DNA from: Moraxella nasicaprae
GTDB taxonomy: Bacteria; Pseudomonadota; Gammaproteobacteria; Pseudomonadales; Moraxellaceae
DNA length: 32,000 nucleotides
Assembly: GCF_025643275.1 (NCBI RefSeq)
Contig: NZ_CP089977.1
Span: forward strand, 810,001-842,000
Reading direction: 5' to 3'
Shown piece after piece: positions 17,400-28,377 of this stretch (within the stretch, counting starts at the first letter, position 1; each line of letters opens with the position of its first letter). Under the pieces are notes generated by a model. That model saw only the letters and a list, made by a program, of their open reading frames with translations. It made no database searches and was not told the origin of the DNA. The translations under genes and the position numbers were made by a program.

Positions 17400-18626
17400 T
17401 TAATCCATCTTGGATAAGTCCAATGTTGGGTCAAGGCGATACACCAAAAAAGTACCCATCGCCACCAAAATCGTGATGATTGTACCTAGTTTGGCGACAG
17501 CATTGACATCAGCCAAGCCGATGAGCAATCCACCAAAAATCCCCACCGAAAACTGCAACGCCCCCTGCAAGGCACTTGCCATGCCTGCTCGCTTTTTCTG
17601 AAACGCCAAAGCGATGGCAGCAGCATTTGGTTGGGTAAATCCTAAGCCTGCAATGCATAAAAAGATACTGGCAAATACCAACCAAAAATTCGCCTGCTTA
17701 CCAAAAATCAAGCCCAGCCCAAGCAAGCATACAGCAAAGACCAACTGCATCAATGCCCCAAAACGCAGTAGTTGCACTAAGCGAAATTTTTTGGTTAAAA
17801 ATTGATTGACCTGAATGAGTGCCATGAACCCAAACGCATTTGCCCCAAAGACGATGGCAAACTGCTGTTCAGAAAGCCCGTAATTGACCATAAACAATTC
17901 ACTAGAAATCGATAAATAGATAAAAAATGCACCTTGCAATAAGCCTGCTGAAAATGCAGGAATGATGAAGGTCTTATCTTGCAATAAAGATAGGTATTGC
18001 GAAAAAGTCTCTCGCACAGGTCGAGTGTTGCGATTTTCAGGAGCGAGCGTCTCTTTGAGAAAAACCTTAGTCAAAATCAGATTTAGCACACCATAAGCGG
18101 TCAAAAACCAAAAAATCATGTGCCAACTTGCCACTTGCAGGACTGCCGCTCCAAGTGTTGGGGCTAAAATTGGAGCAACTCCCATCACCAACATCATCAA
18201 GCTAAACGCTCTGGCAGACTGGACGGGGCTAAGAGAATCTCGTACCGCTGCCCGAGTCACCACCGCCGTCACACACGCTCCCAACGCCTGCAAAGTACGG
18301 GCAGCAAACAACACATATTCATTCGTCGTGGTCGCACAGATGATGGAGGCAATGATAAAAATCGTCATGCCAAGATACATTGGCTTAACCCTGCCCACCC
18401 GATCGCTAAACGGGCCATAAAACAACTGCCCAAACACTAATCCCACAAAATAAGCTGGCACAGATTTGGCGATACTACCCACATCAACCCCAAACTCTGC
18501 CGCCATGCTAGGCAAGGCGGGTAAATACATATCAATCGATAAAGGACCGATGGCGACCATCAAGCCCATCGCCAAAATCCACAAAGTTGGTAATGGTGCT
18601 TGGCGAGCATTGGTAGAGTGTGTCAT
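17400..18626 (-). CDS. MFS transporter, Bcr/CflA drug-resistance subfamily-like (12 TM)
   Basis: 408 aa. N-terminus LAMGLMVAIGPLSIDMYLPALPSMAAEF and GQLFYGPFSDRVGRVKP (MFS motif A region) are typical of Bcr/CflA-type exporters. The substrate cannot be inferred. Confidence 0.85.
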   Translation of the reverse strand: MTHSTNARQAPLPTLWILAMGLMVAIGPLSIDMYLPALPSMAAEFGVDVGSIAKSVPAYFVGLVFGQLFYGPFSDRVGRVKPMYLGMTIFIIASIICATTTNEYVLFAARTLQALGACVTAVVTRAAVRDSLSPVQSARAFSLMMLVMGVAPILAPTLGAAVLQVASWHMIFWFLTAYGVLNLILTKVFLKETLAPENRNTRPVRETFSQYLSLLQDKTFIIPAFSAGLLQGAFFIYLSISSELFMVNYGLSEQQFAIVFGANAFGFMALIQVNQFLTKKFRLVQLLRFGALMQLVFAVCLLGLGLIFGKQANFWLVFASIFLCIAGLGFTQPNAAAIALAFQKKRAGMASALQGALQFSVGIFGGLLIGLADVNAVAKLGTIITILVAMGTFLVYRLDPTLDLSKMD

Positions 18627-18732
18627 GGCATAATCCTAAATAAACGGACTGATTATTATAGCACAAACCAGCATTTGATGAAAAATCATACCGTCCAACG
18701 CCCAGATACTCATCATGTCAATGCCTAAATGC

Positions 18733-18767
18733 ACAAAACCCCAAATCCAACCAAGTCAGATTTGGGG
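18733..18767 (-). terminator. intrinsic terminator after mraY
   Basis: On the minus strand, CCCCAAATC...GATTTGGGG (a 9-bp stem, plus-strand 18739-18747 / 18759-18767) is followed by TTTTG. It begins 20 nt after the mraY stop. Confidence 0.6.
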
Positions 18768-18786
18768 CTGTTGATGTATGGGGTAA

Positions 18787-19884
18787 TCAGCGTAATTTGA
18801 GCGTCATCAAGCCAAGCACCACCAAAATGATACACACGATATAAAAACGAGCCACCACTTTGGTTTCTTTAAGACCTTTTTCTTCAAAATGATGGTGCAA
18901 TGGTGCCATCAAGAAAATGCGTTTTTTACGCAGACGATACGAGCCTACTTGCAAGATGACCGACAAAGCCTCCGCCACAAAAATACCGCCCATGATGGCA
19001 AAGGCGAGTTCTTGACGGGTCATCACCGCCATCGTACCCAGCATACCACCCAATGACAACGCCCCAACATCGCCCATAAATACATCGGCAGGAGCAGCGT
19101 TGTACCACAAAAATCCTAAGCCTGCACCAATGATGGAGGCACAGACAATCGTGACTTCGGCATTATAAGTAATGAAAGGAACATGCATATAATCTGCATA
19201 ATTTGGCGTGCCAGAAATATAGGCAAACACTCCCAAGCCTGCCGCAACCAACACCACAGGAAAAATCACCAAGCCGTCCAAGCCATCGGTCAGATTGACC
19301 GCATTGGACGAGCCTGCCAGTACAAAATAGGTTGCCACAATAAAGCCCAACCCAAGCGGAATGGCAGAGAGCGGAATCGTCAAATCCTTAAACATCGGAA
19401 TGAGCATGTCCTGCATCGCCATCATCGTGGTTGCGTCTTGCTTGGTGGCAAGATAATACAATGAAATGCCTGCAAATAACGAGCCAACCGATAGCCAAAA
19501 ATATTTTTTACGAGCAATCAGACCTTGTGGATTTTTATGCTTGATTTTTAGCCAATCATCAGCCCAACCAACTGCCCCAAAAATGACCATCACGACCATC
19601 AAAATCCATACATAAGGATTGGACAAATCCGCCCATAACAAAGTCGCCACACCGATGGCAGCCAAAATCAGCACACCACCCATCGTTGGCGTTCCCTGTT
19701 TTGCCAAATGCGTCTTAGGGCCATCATCACGCACTGCTTGCCCATATTTGAGCGTACGCAGATAATTGATGACAGGCTTGCCACCAAACAGCACGATTAA
19801 AAAGGCAGTAATTACGGCAAAAAGCGACCGTAAAGTCAATGAGCTAATCGCCAAGTCGGTTTGTTGCAACAACCAATAAAGCAT
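18787..19884 (-). CDS. mraY: phospho-N-acetylmuramoyl-pentapeptide transferase
   Basis: 365 aa, 10-TM protein with conserved [38 protein letters not shown]. Confidence 0.95.
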   Translation of the reverse strand: MLYWLLQQTDLAISSLTLRSLFAVITAFLIVLFGGKPVINYLRTLKYGQAVRDDGPKTHLAKQGTPTMGGVLILAAIGVATLLWADLSNPYVWILMVVMVIFGAVGWADDWLKIKHKNPQGLIARKKYFWLSVGSLFAGISLYYLATKQDATTMMAMQDMLIPMFKDLTIPLSAIPLGLGFIVATYFVLAGSSNAVNLTDGLDGLVIFPVVLVAAGLGVFAYISGTPNYADYMHVPFITYNAEVTIVCASIIGAGLGFLWYNAAPADVFMGDVGALSLGGMLGTMAVMTRQELAFAIMGGIFVAEALSVILQVGSYRLRKKRIFLMAPLHHHFEEKGLKETKVVARFYIVCIILVVLGLMTLKLR

Positions 19885-19897
19885 AAATCAATCCTTA

Positions 19898-21373
19898 TTA
19901 TTCTTTGTCTTTTGTCAAATCGGCAATCAAACTTTCCATTTGCATGCCACGAGAACCTTTAAATAGTACCGTAGATTGCTGATTGAGCAACTGTGTTAAA
20001 TGGGCAAATAAGGCAGCTTTATCAGCAAAATGCTTAGCAATGAGGCGTGTTTGATTGATGGCAATGGCTGTTTGCTCCATGTGCTTACCTACCGTCAAAA
20101 CAGCATCCAATGCCAATGTCGCCAATGCCTCTCCCAGCTTAAAATGCTCATCATCGGCAGCATCGCCCAGCTCAAAAATATCGCCTAATACCAAAATTTT
20201 TTGCCCCATTTCACCTTCCAATACTTTGGCAGCAGCAATCATTGAGGTTGGGTTGGCATTATAAGTATCATCAATCAGCGTATGCTCGCCAAAACTTAGA
20301 CGGGTCAATCGACCTTTTGGAGCAACTGCCTGCTCCAAGCCTGATTTAATCTGCTCAATCGACACGCCAAGTGCATGACAAGCAGTGGCAGCCGCCAACG
20401 CATTGATGATGTTATGCTCGCCAATGAACGGTAGTTTAATCAATGCACTTTGAATCTTGTCATCGTCTTGGATATTTAGGCTAAAAGTGCTGTGTGTCGC
20501 TAAACATTCGGTATCATCAGCAAACACATCGCCCATCAATAGCACCTGCTCAACACCCTCTTGACTTAGCATCTGGCGGTCTTCTTGGGTTAGGTCAGCT
20601 TCATCAAGACCGACCAATCGTTCGCCAAAACTCAGTTGCTTTTGGGTAAATTTGCCAGCTTCATTGGTAAGTAAATCAACAAACTCATCGCCAAATGGCA
20701 ACACCGCCACACCATCTTGGCTTAGTGCAGTATAGATTTCTGATTTGGCACGAGCAATATTTTCTCGCCCACCAAATTCGCCCAAATGAGCCGTGCCAAT
20801 ATTAAGCACACACGCCACATCAGGACGCACCATGCTGGCGGTATAAGCAATCTCGCCCAAATGGTTTGCTCCAAGCTCCATCACGGCAAAACGATGCTCG
20901 TCTGATAAACGAAGTAGCATCATTGGCACGCCCAAATCATTATTCAGATTGCCATGCGTCATCAGCGTTGGAGCAAGTTGCCCAAAAATCGCCCCAATCA
21001 TCTCTTTGGTGGTGGTTTTGCCACTTGAACCTGTCAATGCCACCACCGTCAAATCAGGGTGTGCATCACGGCGATATCTGCCCAAATCGCCTAGGGCAAG
21101 TTTACTGTCTGCCACCACTAATTGAGGAATGTCACACGCCACCACTCGCTCGACAATCGCTGCCACCGCACCAGCATCTTTGGCAGTCTGCACAAAATCG
21201 TGTGCATCAAACTTATCGCCACGAATCGCCAAAAACACATCGCCAGCCTCAATCTTGCGAGTGTCGGTGATGATATTGGTGCTACTGATGGGCTTAGGCA
21301 GTTGATGCCAAGAGCCATTGGTTGCAGCAGCCAGACTGTCTGAATGCCAAGTATAGGCGGTGAGTGTGGTCAT
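19898..21373 (-). CDS. murF: UDP-N-acetylmuramoyl-tripeptide--D-alanyl-D-alanine ligase
   Basis: Mur ligase with GSSGKTTTKEM, LELGANHLGEI, DDTYNANP. Positioned between murE and mraY. Confidence 0.93.
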   Translation of the reverse strand: MTTLTAYTWHSDSLAAATNGSWHQLPKPISSTNIITDTRKIEAGDVFLAIRGDKFDAHDFVQTAKDAGAVAAIVERVVACDIPQLVVADSKLALGDLGRYRRDAHPDLTVVALTGSSGKTTTKEMIGAIFGQLAPTLMTHGNLNNDLGVPMMLLRLSDEHRFAVMELGANHLGEIAYTASMVRPDVACVLNIGTAHLGEFGGRENIARAKSEIYTALSQDGVAVLPFGDEFVDLLTNEAGKFTQKQLSFGERLVGLDEADLTQEDRQMLSQEGVEQVLLMGDVFADDTECLATHSTFSLNIQDDDKIQSALIKLPFIGEHNIINALAAATACHALGVSIEQIKSGLEQAVAPKGRLTRLSFGEHTLIDDTYNANPTSMIAAAKVLEGEMGQKILVLGDIFELGDAADDEHFKLGEALATLALDAVLTVGKHMEQTAIAINQTRLIAKHFADKAALFAHLTQLLNQQSTVLFKGSRGMQMESLIADLTKDKE

Positions 21374-21404
21374 TTTTTTACCTTAATGTTACTCAAATCG
21401 CAAA

Positions 21405-23000
21405 TTATTTTTGATACTTTTTTAATAAATCATTTAAAATAGCCAAGTCATCAAAGTCATGTCTTACGCCTTTGATTTCTTGATAAGTCTCATGTCCCTT
21501 GCCTGCAATCACTACAATATCTGACGCTTTGGCAGAACTAACTGCTAATTCTATCGCTTTTTTACGATCTGCTTCTATAAGAATTTTGTAATGCTCTTCG
21601 CAGCTTAATCCTTGTTGCATGTCCGACAAAATGGCTGATGGCTCTTCGCTTCTTGGATTATCAGCGGTCAAAATCACTTGGTCAGCATAGTCTAAGCCTG
21701 CCCGGGTCATCAATGGGCGTTTGGTTTTATCACGGTCACCGCCACAGCCAAAGACAGCAATCAACTTGCCAGTGCAATGCTTGCGTAAGCTGGATAGCAC
21801 CTGCACCAAAGCATCGGGCGTGTGTGCATAATCAACAATGAACGACCCTGTCTGGGAATTGGCTCTTTGCATTCTACCCCTTGCTCCTTCTAGGGTTTGC
21901 ACCATCTTGGGAATGTGTCGAACCTGCTGTGGATACAAACTGGCGAATGCCGCTACGCTTGCTAGTAGATTATCCACATTAAACAAGCCAAGCAGTGGGC
22001 TTTGTAGCGTCATTGACCCATGAGGCGATTGCAATTCAATGCGTACGCCGTCCAAACTTGGCTCAACCGATGTCGCCACATAGTCGCCCTGTTGCCAAGA
22101 ATAACGATATACAGGATAATCCACCTCATCGTCCAATAAAGCATATTGTGCATCGGCATTGACCACGCCTGCTTGCAAGGTGGGAAATAATGCTGGATTA
22201 AACAATCTGGCCTTTGCCAAACGATACTCTTCCATGTTGGCATGATAGTCTAGATGGTCGTGTGATAGATTGGTATAAACCGCCACCGCCACAGGCACGC
22301 CTTGCAATCGATACTGGTCAAGTCCATGCGAACTGGCTTCTAACGCCACTACTTGCACACCTGCCTGACCCATCTGATACAAAAATTTTTGGACAAGTAG
22401 CACATCGCCTGTGGTGTTGGCAGATTGGACAAGCTGACCTAGCTTACCATTGCCAGCCGTGCCCATGATGGCAGCAGAGATGCCTGATGCCTGACACAGC
22501 TGAGCGATGAGCTGACTGACGGTTGTCTTACCATTCGTGCCTGTGACGGCAATGACTTTTGGTAAAGTCACGGCAGATTGTAATTGCAAAGAAGCGGCTA
22601 TCAAATCACCCAGCACCGTGCGAATCTTTGGCACAAAAACCATCGGCACTTGACTCTCTGATAATGCCAAATCAGCCGCATCAAACTCGCTGATGATGAC
22701 ACTCGCTTTATCCTTGACCATCTCAATATATTCACAGGCTCGCTTGCTGGCGGTCTGTTTGTCTTGACTGCTGCTTTTAAGTAGCACAAATGCACAGTCT
22801 TTTGTCGCCTGACGACTGTCCAGACAAAACTCACTGACCGACTGCTCCAAAATCGGTGCAAACCATGCCAACAACTCGTCTGCACCCAAAGCCTGTGCGT
22901 GCGTCTGCTGGGTGTTTACTGCTTTCTCGATGATTTGTTTGATGGTCATTGAGTGTGTCATTGGTCGCTCCGATAAAATGTTACTATTGTCCTGCATCAT
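21405..23000 (-). CDS. murE: UDP-N-acetylmuramoyl-L-alanyl-D-glutamate--2,6-diaminopimelate ligase
   Basis: Mur ligase with GTNGKTT, EASSHGL, DYAHTPDAL, GCGGDRDKTKRP, DNPRSE (meso-DAP-type motif). The start ATG overlaps the ftsI stop (ATGA). Internal Met starts are possible. Confidence 0.93.
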   Translation of the reverse strand: MMQDNSNILSERPMTHSMTIKQIIEKAVNTQQTHAQALGADELLAWFAPILEQSVSEFCLDSRQATKDCAFVLLKSSSQDKQTASKRACEYIEMVKDKASVIISEFDAADLALSESQVPMVFVPKIRTVLGDLIAASLQLQSAVTLPKVIAVTGTNGKTTVSQLIAQLCQASGISAAIMGTAGNGKLGQLVQSANTTGDVLLVQKFLYQMGQAGVQVVALEASSHGLDQYRLQGVPVAVAVYTNLSHDHLDYHANMEEYRLAKARLFNPALFPTLQAGVVNADAQYALLDDEVDYPVYRYSWQQGDYVATSVEPSLDGVRIELQSPHGSMTLQSPLLGLFNVDNLLASVAAFASLYPQQVRHIPKMVQTLEGARGRMQRANSQTGSFIVDYAHTPDALVQVLSSLRKHCTGKLIAVFGCGGDRDKTKRPLMTRAGLDYADQVILTADNPRSEEPSAILSDMQQGLSCEEHYKILIEADRKKAIELAVSSAKASDIVVIAGKGHETYQEIKGVRHDFDDLAILNDLLKKYQK

Positions 23001-25027
23001 TGAGTTTTTGGTTTGTCATGACTGTCAGTCTGTGTATCGTTTTCAACATACAAAGGCTTATCATAAGGCACATTATACAATCTTAGCGTCTCTTGCATCA
23101 CATTGTGAAACACAGGGGCAGAGACTTGACCTGCATAAAACTGCTTTCTAGGGTCTTCCACCAAAATCGCCGCCACAAAGCGTGGGCTAGACGCTGGTGC
23201 CATGCCTGCAAAAATCGCACGATGCTGGTCGGTATAATAGCCGCCCTTTGGATTGGTGCGTCGAGATGTCCCTGTCTTGCCAGCCACACGATAGCCATTG
23301 ATGGCGGCAGCTTTGGCTGTACCACCATCAGCGGTCACCAGTTCCATCATCTTAATGATATCTTGGGCGTGCTTGGCTGAGATGACTTGTTTTGGTTCTT
23401 CCGCCTTGACATCTTTAACCAATGATAATGGACGCATCACGCCCTGATTGGCAATAGTGGCATACGCCTGAGCAATCTGTGCCAGCGTCACTTCCTGACC
23501 GTAGCCATAGCTTAATGTCGAACGCAATGAATATTCCTTTTCTTTTGGCGTGGGGACTTTGCCTTTGGCTTCGGCAGGGAAATTCAGGTGTGTTTTTTGT
23601 CCAAAACCAAACTTTCGTTGCATGTCCACAATGCTACTGGTCGGCAAGCTCAATGCAATCTTGGCAGAGGCGACAGTACTGGATTTTTGAATCAATTTTG
23701 AGAGTGTGATTGCCCCAAAATTTGCCCCATCACGAATGGTATAACCACCGACAAATAGACTACCTGGCGAAGTATTGATGATAGAGCTGGTGCTGTATTT
23801 GCCAGACTCTAAGGCAGCCGCCACCGTGATGGGCTTGACCACAGAACCTGGCTCAAAGACATCAAGCAAAGGGCGATTTTGTTCATTGCCACCATTGATT
23901 TCAGACAGATTGTTGGAGTTAAAAGACGGCCAAGAAGTCATCGCCAGCACCTCGCCTGTTTTGACATCAACCACGATGCCAGAGCTAGAACGAGCTGATT
24001 GTAGGCGACCTACCTGCTCCAATTCTTTGTACAAGACATATTGCAAGCGAGAATCAATCGTCAAGTGCAAATCTTTGGCATCAATGCGTGGCTTGATTTC
24101 CTCGATTTCGCTGATGGGCTTGTTGTTTTTGTCTCGCAAAATACGCAGCTGTCCTGCCTCGCCAGACAAATAATGATTGTACTGTGCTTCAAGCCCTGCA
24201 CGCCCTATCAGCCCTTCGTCCTTATCCGAACGCCCCATGTATCCGATGAGCTGGGCATTGGGTTCAGCTTGTAGATAGTAACGGCGATATTGGGTCTCAA
24301 CCGCCAACACATTGGATTTTTCATTCAACGCCAATACAGGGTCGGCAACCTCTGGCGATACCTTATCCAGCAGCACGATACGGCGACTGCCCTTGCCTGT
24401 TGGGAGAGATTTTTGGATTTGTTCGTCAATATTTTCTGCTTTATAATCTAGCGTCTGATTAAGCTTAACCGCTGCTTGTAATTTTTCCAATGGATAATTG
24501 GCGGTTGCTGCAATCTTGACCAAATCCACTTTTTCTAGCTCAGCGATGAGCTTGGCTCTGCGTGCTGGATTAGTGGTTTGCTGTAATTTTTTATGCGTTT
24601 CATAAAACAGCTCGGCATACGCTCTTGGGTCAAAAATAACCGTTTGCAAAGGTGCATTTGCCGCCAATGCCGCCCCATGTCTATCCAAAATCAAGCCACG
24701 CTGCGTATCAAGTTTACGAACGGTGGTCAGCATTTTTTCGCTTTTTTCCATGTAGGATTTGGCATTCACTACGCTAACCCATAAGGATTTTAAGGTCAAA
24801 ATACCCAAGCCTGCCGCCATTGCCAGCCAAATGGCATGATACCGCCAAGCATCTTGTCGATAGCCACCACCCTCAACCGCTGATTTGGCTTTTTTGCGTT
24901 TACCAAAATTGCCAAATAAAGCGAAGCGTTTGGCGGTATGTTCCTTTCTGGTTTGCTGTCTTTTTTGTCGCAGTGGTGCAGTAACACGAGAAGCAGATGT
25001 CTGAACAGGTTTTTTTGCCATACTCAC
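22997..25027 (-). CDS. ftsI: peptidoglycan D,D-transpeptidase FtsI (PBP3)
   Basis: 676 aa with a single TM helix. Active-site motifs: FEPGSVVKP (SxxK), YGYGQ after an SxN region, and AGKTGTS (KTG). Lies between ftsL and murE. It has a long basic N-terminal tail. Confidence 0.93.
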   Translation of the reverse strand: MSMAKKPVQTSASRVTAPLRQKRQQTRKEHTAKRFALFGNFGKRKKAKSAVEGGGYRQDAWRYHAIWLAMAAGLGILTLKSLWVSVVNAKSYMEKSEKMLTTVRKLDTQRGLILDRHGAALAANAPLQTVIFDPRAYAELFYETHKKLQQTTNPARRAKLIAELEKVDLVKIAATANYPLEKLQAAVKLNQTLDYKAENIDEQIQKSLPTGKGSRRIVLLDKVSPEVADPVLALNEKSNVLAVETQYRRYYLQAEPNAQLIGYMGRSDKDEGLIGRAGLEAQYNHYLSGEAGQLRILRDKNNKPISEIEEIKPRIDAKDLHLTIDSRLQYVLYKELEQVGRLQSARSSSGIVVDVKTGEVLAMTSWPSFNSNNLSEINGGNEQNRPLLDVFEPGSVVKPITVAAALESGKYSTSSIINTSPGSLFVGGYTIRDGANFGAITLSKLIQKSSTVASAKIALSLPTSSIVDMQRKFGFGQKTHLNFPAEAKGKVPTPKEKEYSLRSTLSYGYGQEVTLAQIAQAYATIANQGVMRPLSLVKDVKAEEPKQVISAKHAQDIIKMMELVTADGGTAKAAAINGYRVAGKTGTSRRTNPKGGYYTDQHRAIFAGMAPASSPRFVAAILVEDPRKQFYAGQVSAPVFHNVMQETLRLYNVPYDKPLYVENDTQTDSHDKPKTQ

Positions 25028-25380
25028 TCTCCTGCTTTTGGGGTTTGTGGGGTAATGATACGGCGATTATTGCCCGATGGAAAAAACATACCAAGCTCGC
25101 TGACGGCACGCTGAGCAACTTGCGGTGTGGCACTAAATGTCTGCTGTTCAATCAATAATCGTTGCTGCTCAGTACGCAATTTATCCATCTCAACATTCAG
25201 CTCTCGCAATTTGATGTGCGTCTGATGGCGTTCGTGCGTCTGTTGGACAGTTGCGATTGCCGTCCAAAAAATCGCCAGCACCAATACAGCCAATGTCGCA
25301 CGCAATCCCCACAGGACGCTTTTTTGAAGCTCCTGAGACTCTGGTAACTCATGCAGTTGCGAATTGATGCTCATTGTCAT
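25024..25380 (-). CDS. ftsL: cell division protein FtsL
   Basis: 118-aa bitopic protein with a TM helix (VLVLAIFWTAIATV) followed by a coiled-coil-like segment (KLRELNVEMDKLRTEQQRLLIEQ). Positioned between rsmH and ftsI, with a 4-nt overlap with ftsI. Confidence 0.8.
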   Translation of the reverse strand: MTMSINSQLHELPESQELQKSVLWGLRATLAVLVLAIFWTAIATVQQTHERHQTHIKLRELNVEMDKLRTEQQRLLIEQQTFSATPQVAQRAVSELGMFFPSGNNRRIITPQTPKAGE

Positions 25381-25411
25381 TTCACCGTTTTTAATTCATC
25401 GATTAGGCACA

Positions 25412-26392
25412 TCATGCCTGACCATACTCTTGTTTGGTGCGAACCGCCCCACGCAGCCACGCACTTCTTGCTCTTGGGTTTTGTTTGATTTCATCATCAC
25501 TTGGGGCGATGCGAGCAGGCTTACCAAAATATTTGGGTCTGACTGGCGGTATCGGCAAATGCTCATCTTCCTCGTAGCGTCCACGACTGTGCTTTTGCAA
25601 AAACTGCTTAATCAGTCTGTCTTCTAATGAATGAAAACTAATGACCGCCAGCTTGCCATCTGCTTTTAAGGCGGTCAAACTTTGCTCCAAAAATGACTCC
25701 ACATCACCCAGTTCATTATTGATAAAAATCCGCATCGCCTGAAAGCTCTGGGTTGCTGGGTGTTTACCCTTCTGCCAATTTGGGTGAGCTTGTTTGATGA
25801 CTTCGGCAAGCTGCAATGTTGAATGATAGCTATCCATCGCCTTGATGGCACGGGCAATCTTACGAGAATGTCGCTCTTCGCCATATTGATACAACACATC
25901 AGCCAGCTCATCGGTAGAAACCACCGACAGCCACTCCGCCACCGTCTGACCTGTCGTGGTGTCCATACGCATGTCCACCGCCCCATCATGGCGAAAACTA
26001 AACCCACGAGAACCATCGTCAAGCTGAGGGCTAGACACCCCCAAGTCCGCCATCAATCCATCGACTTGTGCAATGCCTAATCTGTCAAGCTGTCTATTTA
26101 AGCTGGCAAAACTGTCATGCACCACCAGCACTCTGTCATCTTGTGCTGCCAGTTCATTAGCCACCGCAATCGCCTGTGGGTCTTTGTCAAAGACGATAAG
26201 CTTAGCATCATCTGCCAAATATTGTAGCAACAGGCGACTATGCCCACCACGACCAAAGGTTGCGTCCACATACACACCAGACACGCTACGTTTGTCCAGC
26301 TTGGTCAAGGAATGCACGCCAAGCACCATCGCTACGGTCGGTTCAAGAAGCACTGTCGTATGAGCAAAAACTGTATCGGCAGACTGCGTCAT
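25412..26392 (-). CDS. rsmH: 16S rRNA (cytosine1402-N4)-methyltransferase
   Basis: HTTVLLEPTV, DATFGRGGHS, DLGVSSPQLD, ISFHSLEDRLIK. First gene of the dcw block. Confidence 0.95.
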   Translation of the reverse strand: MTQSADTVFAHTTVLLEPTVAMVLGVHSLTKLDKRSVSGVYVDATFGRGGHSRLLLQYLADDAKLIVFDKDPQAIAVANELAAQDDRVLVVHDSFASLNRQLDRLGIAQVDGLMADLGVSSPQLDDGSRGFSFRHDGAVDMRMDTTTGQTVAEWLSVVSTDELADVLYQYGEERHSRKIARAIKAMDSYHSTLQLAEVIKQAHPNWQKGKHPATQSFQAMRIFINNELGDVESFLEQSLTALKADGKLAVISFHSLEDRLIKQFLQKHSRGRYEEDEHLPIPPVRPKYFGKPARIAPSDDEIKQNPRARSAWLRGAVRTKQEYGQA

Positions 26393-26693
26393 TGTCTTTT
26401 ATTGTCCAAAAAAATGAAAGTATGAATAAAGATTTGCCAAAAATAAAATAAGCATACTATTTTAGCAGATAAATCATTGCTTTGTGGCAGTTTTTTGTGT
26501 CAGGATTATTGCTATTGGTGGGTTTTTTGGCAATTTTTTGCAATCGGTGGATAAATCTTTGCCAACGCTACCAAAAGTGATGCAAATTTGATATGATAAT
26601 GGGCAAAATTTTGCCAAATTCATCATCTAATTTGACAAGCAAAACTAATTTTTATTATTTAGTACATTGATTTAGCACATCGAGAAAATAACC

Positions 26694-28196
26694 ATGACTC
26701 GTCCAGTTCGTACCCGTATCGCCCCAAGCCCCACAGGTTTTCCACATGTTGGCACGGCATACATCGCCCTGTTTAACCTTGCTTTTGCCAAATCGCTTGG
26801 CGGTGAGTTTATCTTACGCATTGAAGATACCGACCAAGTTCGCTCAACCGCTCAGTCAGAGCAGATGATTTTAAACGCCCTTCGCTGGATGGGATTAGAA
26901 TGGGCAGAAGGTCCTGATGTTGGTGGGCCGCACGCTCCCTACCGCCAAAGTGAACGCAGTGATTTGTACAAAAAATACGCCAATCAACTGCTGGACGACG
27001 GTCACGCTTTCCGCTGTTTTTGCACACCCCAAGAATTAGACGAAATGCGTGAACAGCAGATGGCACAAGGATTGCCTGTCAAATATGACGGCAGATATGC
27101 CAATCTATCTCGTGAAGAATCAGACGCATTGGCAGCCTCTGGCAAGCCCTTTGTCATTCGTATGAGAGTACCCACCGAAGGCGTGTGCGTTGTGCATGAT
27201 ATGTTGCGTGGCGAGGTGGTCATTCCTTGGGAGCAAGTGGACATGCAGGTGCTACTAAAAACAGACGGTCTGCCCACTTATCATCTTGCCAATGTGGTCG
27301 ATGACCATTTGATGCAAATTACTCATGTGCTGCGTGGCGAAGAGTGGCTACCTTCTGCCCCAAAACATCAACTGCTGTATCAATATTTTGGTTGGGAGAT
27401 GCCCGTACTGTGCCACATGCCATTACTACGCAACCCCGATAAATCCAAGCTATCAAAACGCAAAAATCCCACTTCCATCACCTACTACCGTGATGCAGGC
27501 ATCTTGCCAGAAGCTCTGCTAAACTATCTAGGACGCATGGGTTATAGCTTGCCTGACGAACAAGAAAAATTCACCCTAGATGAATTTATCAATACTTTTG
27601 ACATCAATCGTGTCTCACTGGGCGGTCCTGTTTTTGACATCGAAAAACTATACTGGCTAAACGGCGAATATCTGCGTGCCATGCCTGTCGAAACACTCAA
27701 AAACACCATTTTGGCATGGGCAAGCAATGATGAAAAACTGACCGCCATTGCCAAAGCCATTCAGCCACGCATCAACCTATTGTCTGATGCGGTGAATTGG
27801 GCAGGTTTTTATTTTCAAAATCTACCTAACATCAGTGCCGATGATTTTGCCCATAAAACACTGGATAACGATACACTGCTTGAAATTCTTTATCTTGCCA
27901 CTTGGCAACTTGAAAGCCTGCCTGTATGGAGCGAAGAAAACATCTATCAAGTCCTCAAAGGTCTGGCAGCAACTTTTGAGATTAAGCTTAAAGACTTCAT
28001 GCAGCCGTTTTTTGTGGCGATTGCAGGTAGTACCAGCAGTACGCCTGTCATGAACTCGATGGCGGTCATTGGAGCAGACATGACGCTGGCAAGACTTCGC
28101 CACGCTTGTGAAGTGCTGGGCGGTCTTGGTAAGAAAAAGCTAAAAAAACTAGAAGAGAAAAACAAATCTTTGCCAAATTTTCTAGACCAAGCCTAA
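26694..28196 (+). CDS. gltX: glutamate--tRNA ligase
   Basis: [18 protein letters not shown] (HIGH region), LRIEDTD, KLSKRK (KMSKS), full length at 500 aa. Confidence 0.95.
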   Translation: MTRPVRTRIAPSPTGFPHVGTAYIALFNLAFAKSLGGEFILRIEDTDQVRSTAQSEQMILNALRWMGLEWAEGPDVGGPHAPYRQSERSDLYKKYANQLLDDGHAFRCFCTPQELDEMREQQMAQGLPVKYDGRYANLSREESDALAASGKPFVIRMRVPTEGVCVVHDMLRGEVVIPWEQVDMQVLLKTDGLPTYHLANVVDDHLMQITHVLRGEEWLPSAPKHQLLYQYFGWEMPVLCHMPLLRNPDKSKLSKRKNPTSITYYRDAGILPEALLNYLGRMGYSLPDEQEKFTLDEFINTFDINRVSLGGPVFDIEKLYWLNGEYLRAMPVETLKNTILAWASNDEKLTAIAKAIQPRINLLSDAVNWAGFYFQNLPNISADDFAHKTLDNDTLLEILYLATWQLESLPVWSEENIYQVLKGLAATFEIKLKDFMQPFFVAIAGSTSSTPVMNSMAVIGADMTLARLRHACEVLGGLGKKKLKKLEEKNKSLPNFLDQA

Positions 28197-28210
28197 ACCA
28201 ACAAAAACAA

Positions 28211-28236
28211 AAAGAGCCAATACGGCTCTTTTTTTA
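28211..28236 (+). terminator. intrinsic terminator of gltX
   Basis: AAAGAGCC - AATAC - GGCTCTTT followed by a T-run (28230-28235), 15 nt after the stop. Confidence 0.7.
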
Positions 28237-28377
28237 TTGCCTTACCAAAATTATCACCGATAAGCAGTATCGTTTGAGGCTTATTTTCGTCAAAAACAAA
28301 CCAACAATGATTAGCGAATGATAGTGGCTATATTTTGATAAAAAACTTCATTTGATAATGAATTTTATTTATGAAAA

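Noticed and set aside
26393-26693. Recurrent TTGCCAA/TTGGCAA and GTGG motifs and the palindrome GGCAAAATTTTGCC in the rsmH / gltX divergent region. I considered them as MraZ-type operator repeats or a DNA-uptake sequence.
   Set aside because: GCCAA/TTGGC strings are abundant throughout the coding regions of this window, so this looks like codon and composition bias. The GTGG spacing (about 30 bp) does not match the tightly spaced MraZ repeats, and no mraZ gene is present. A genome-wide k-mer count would be needed to claim more.
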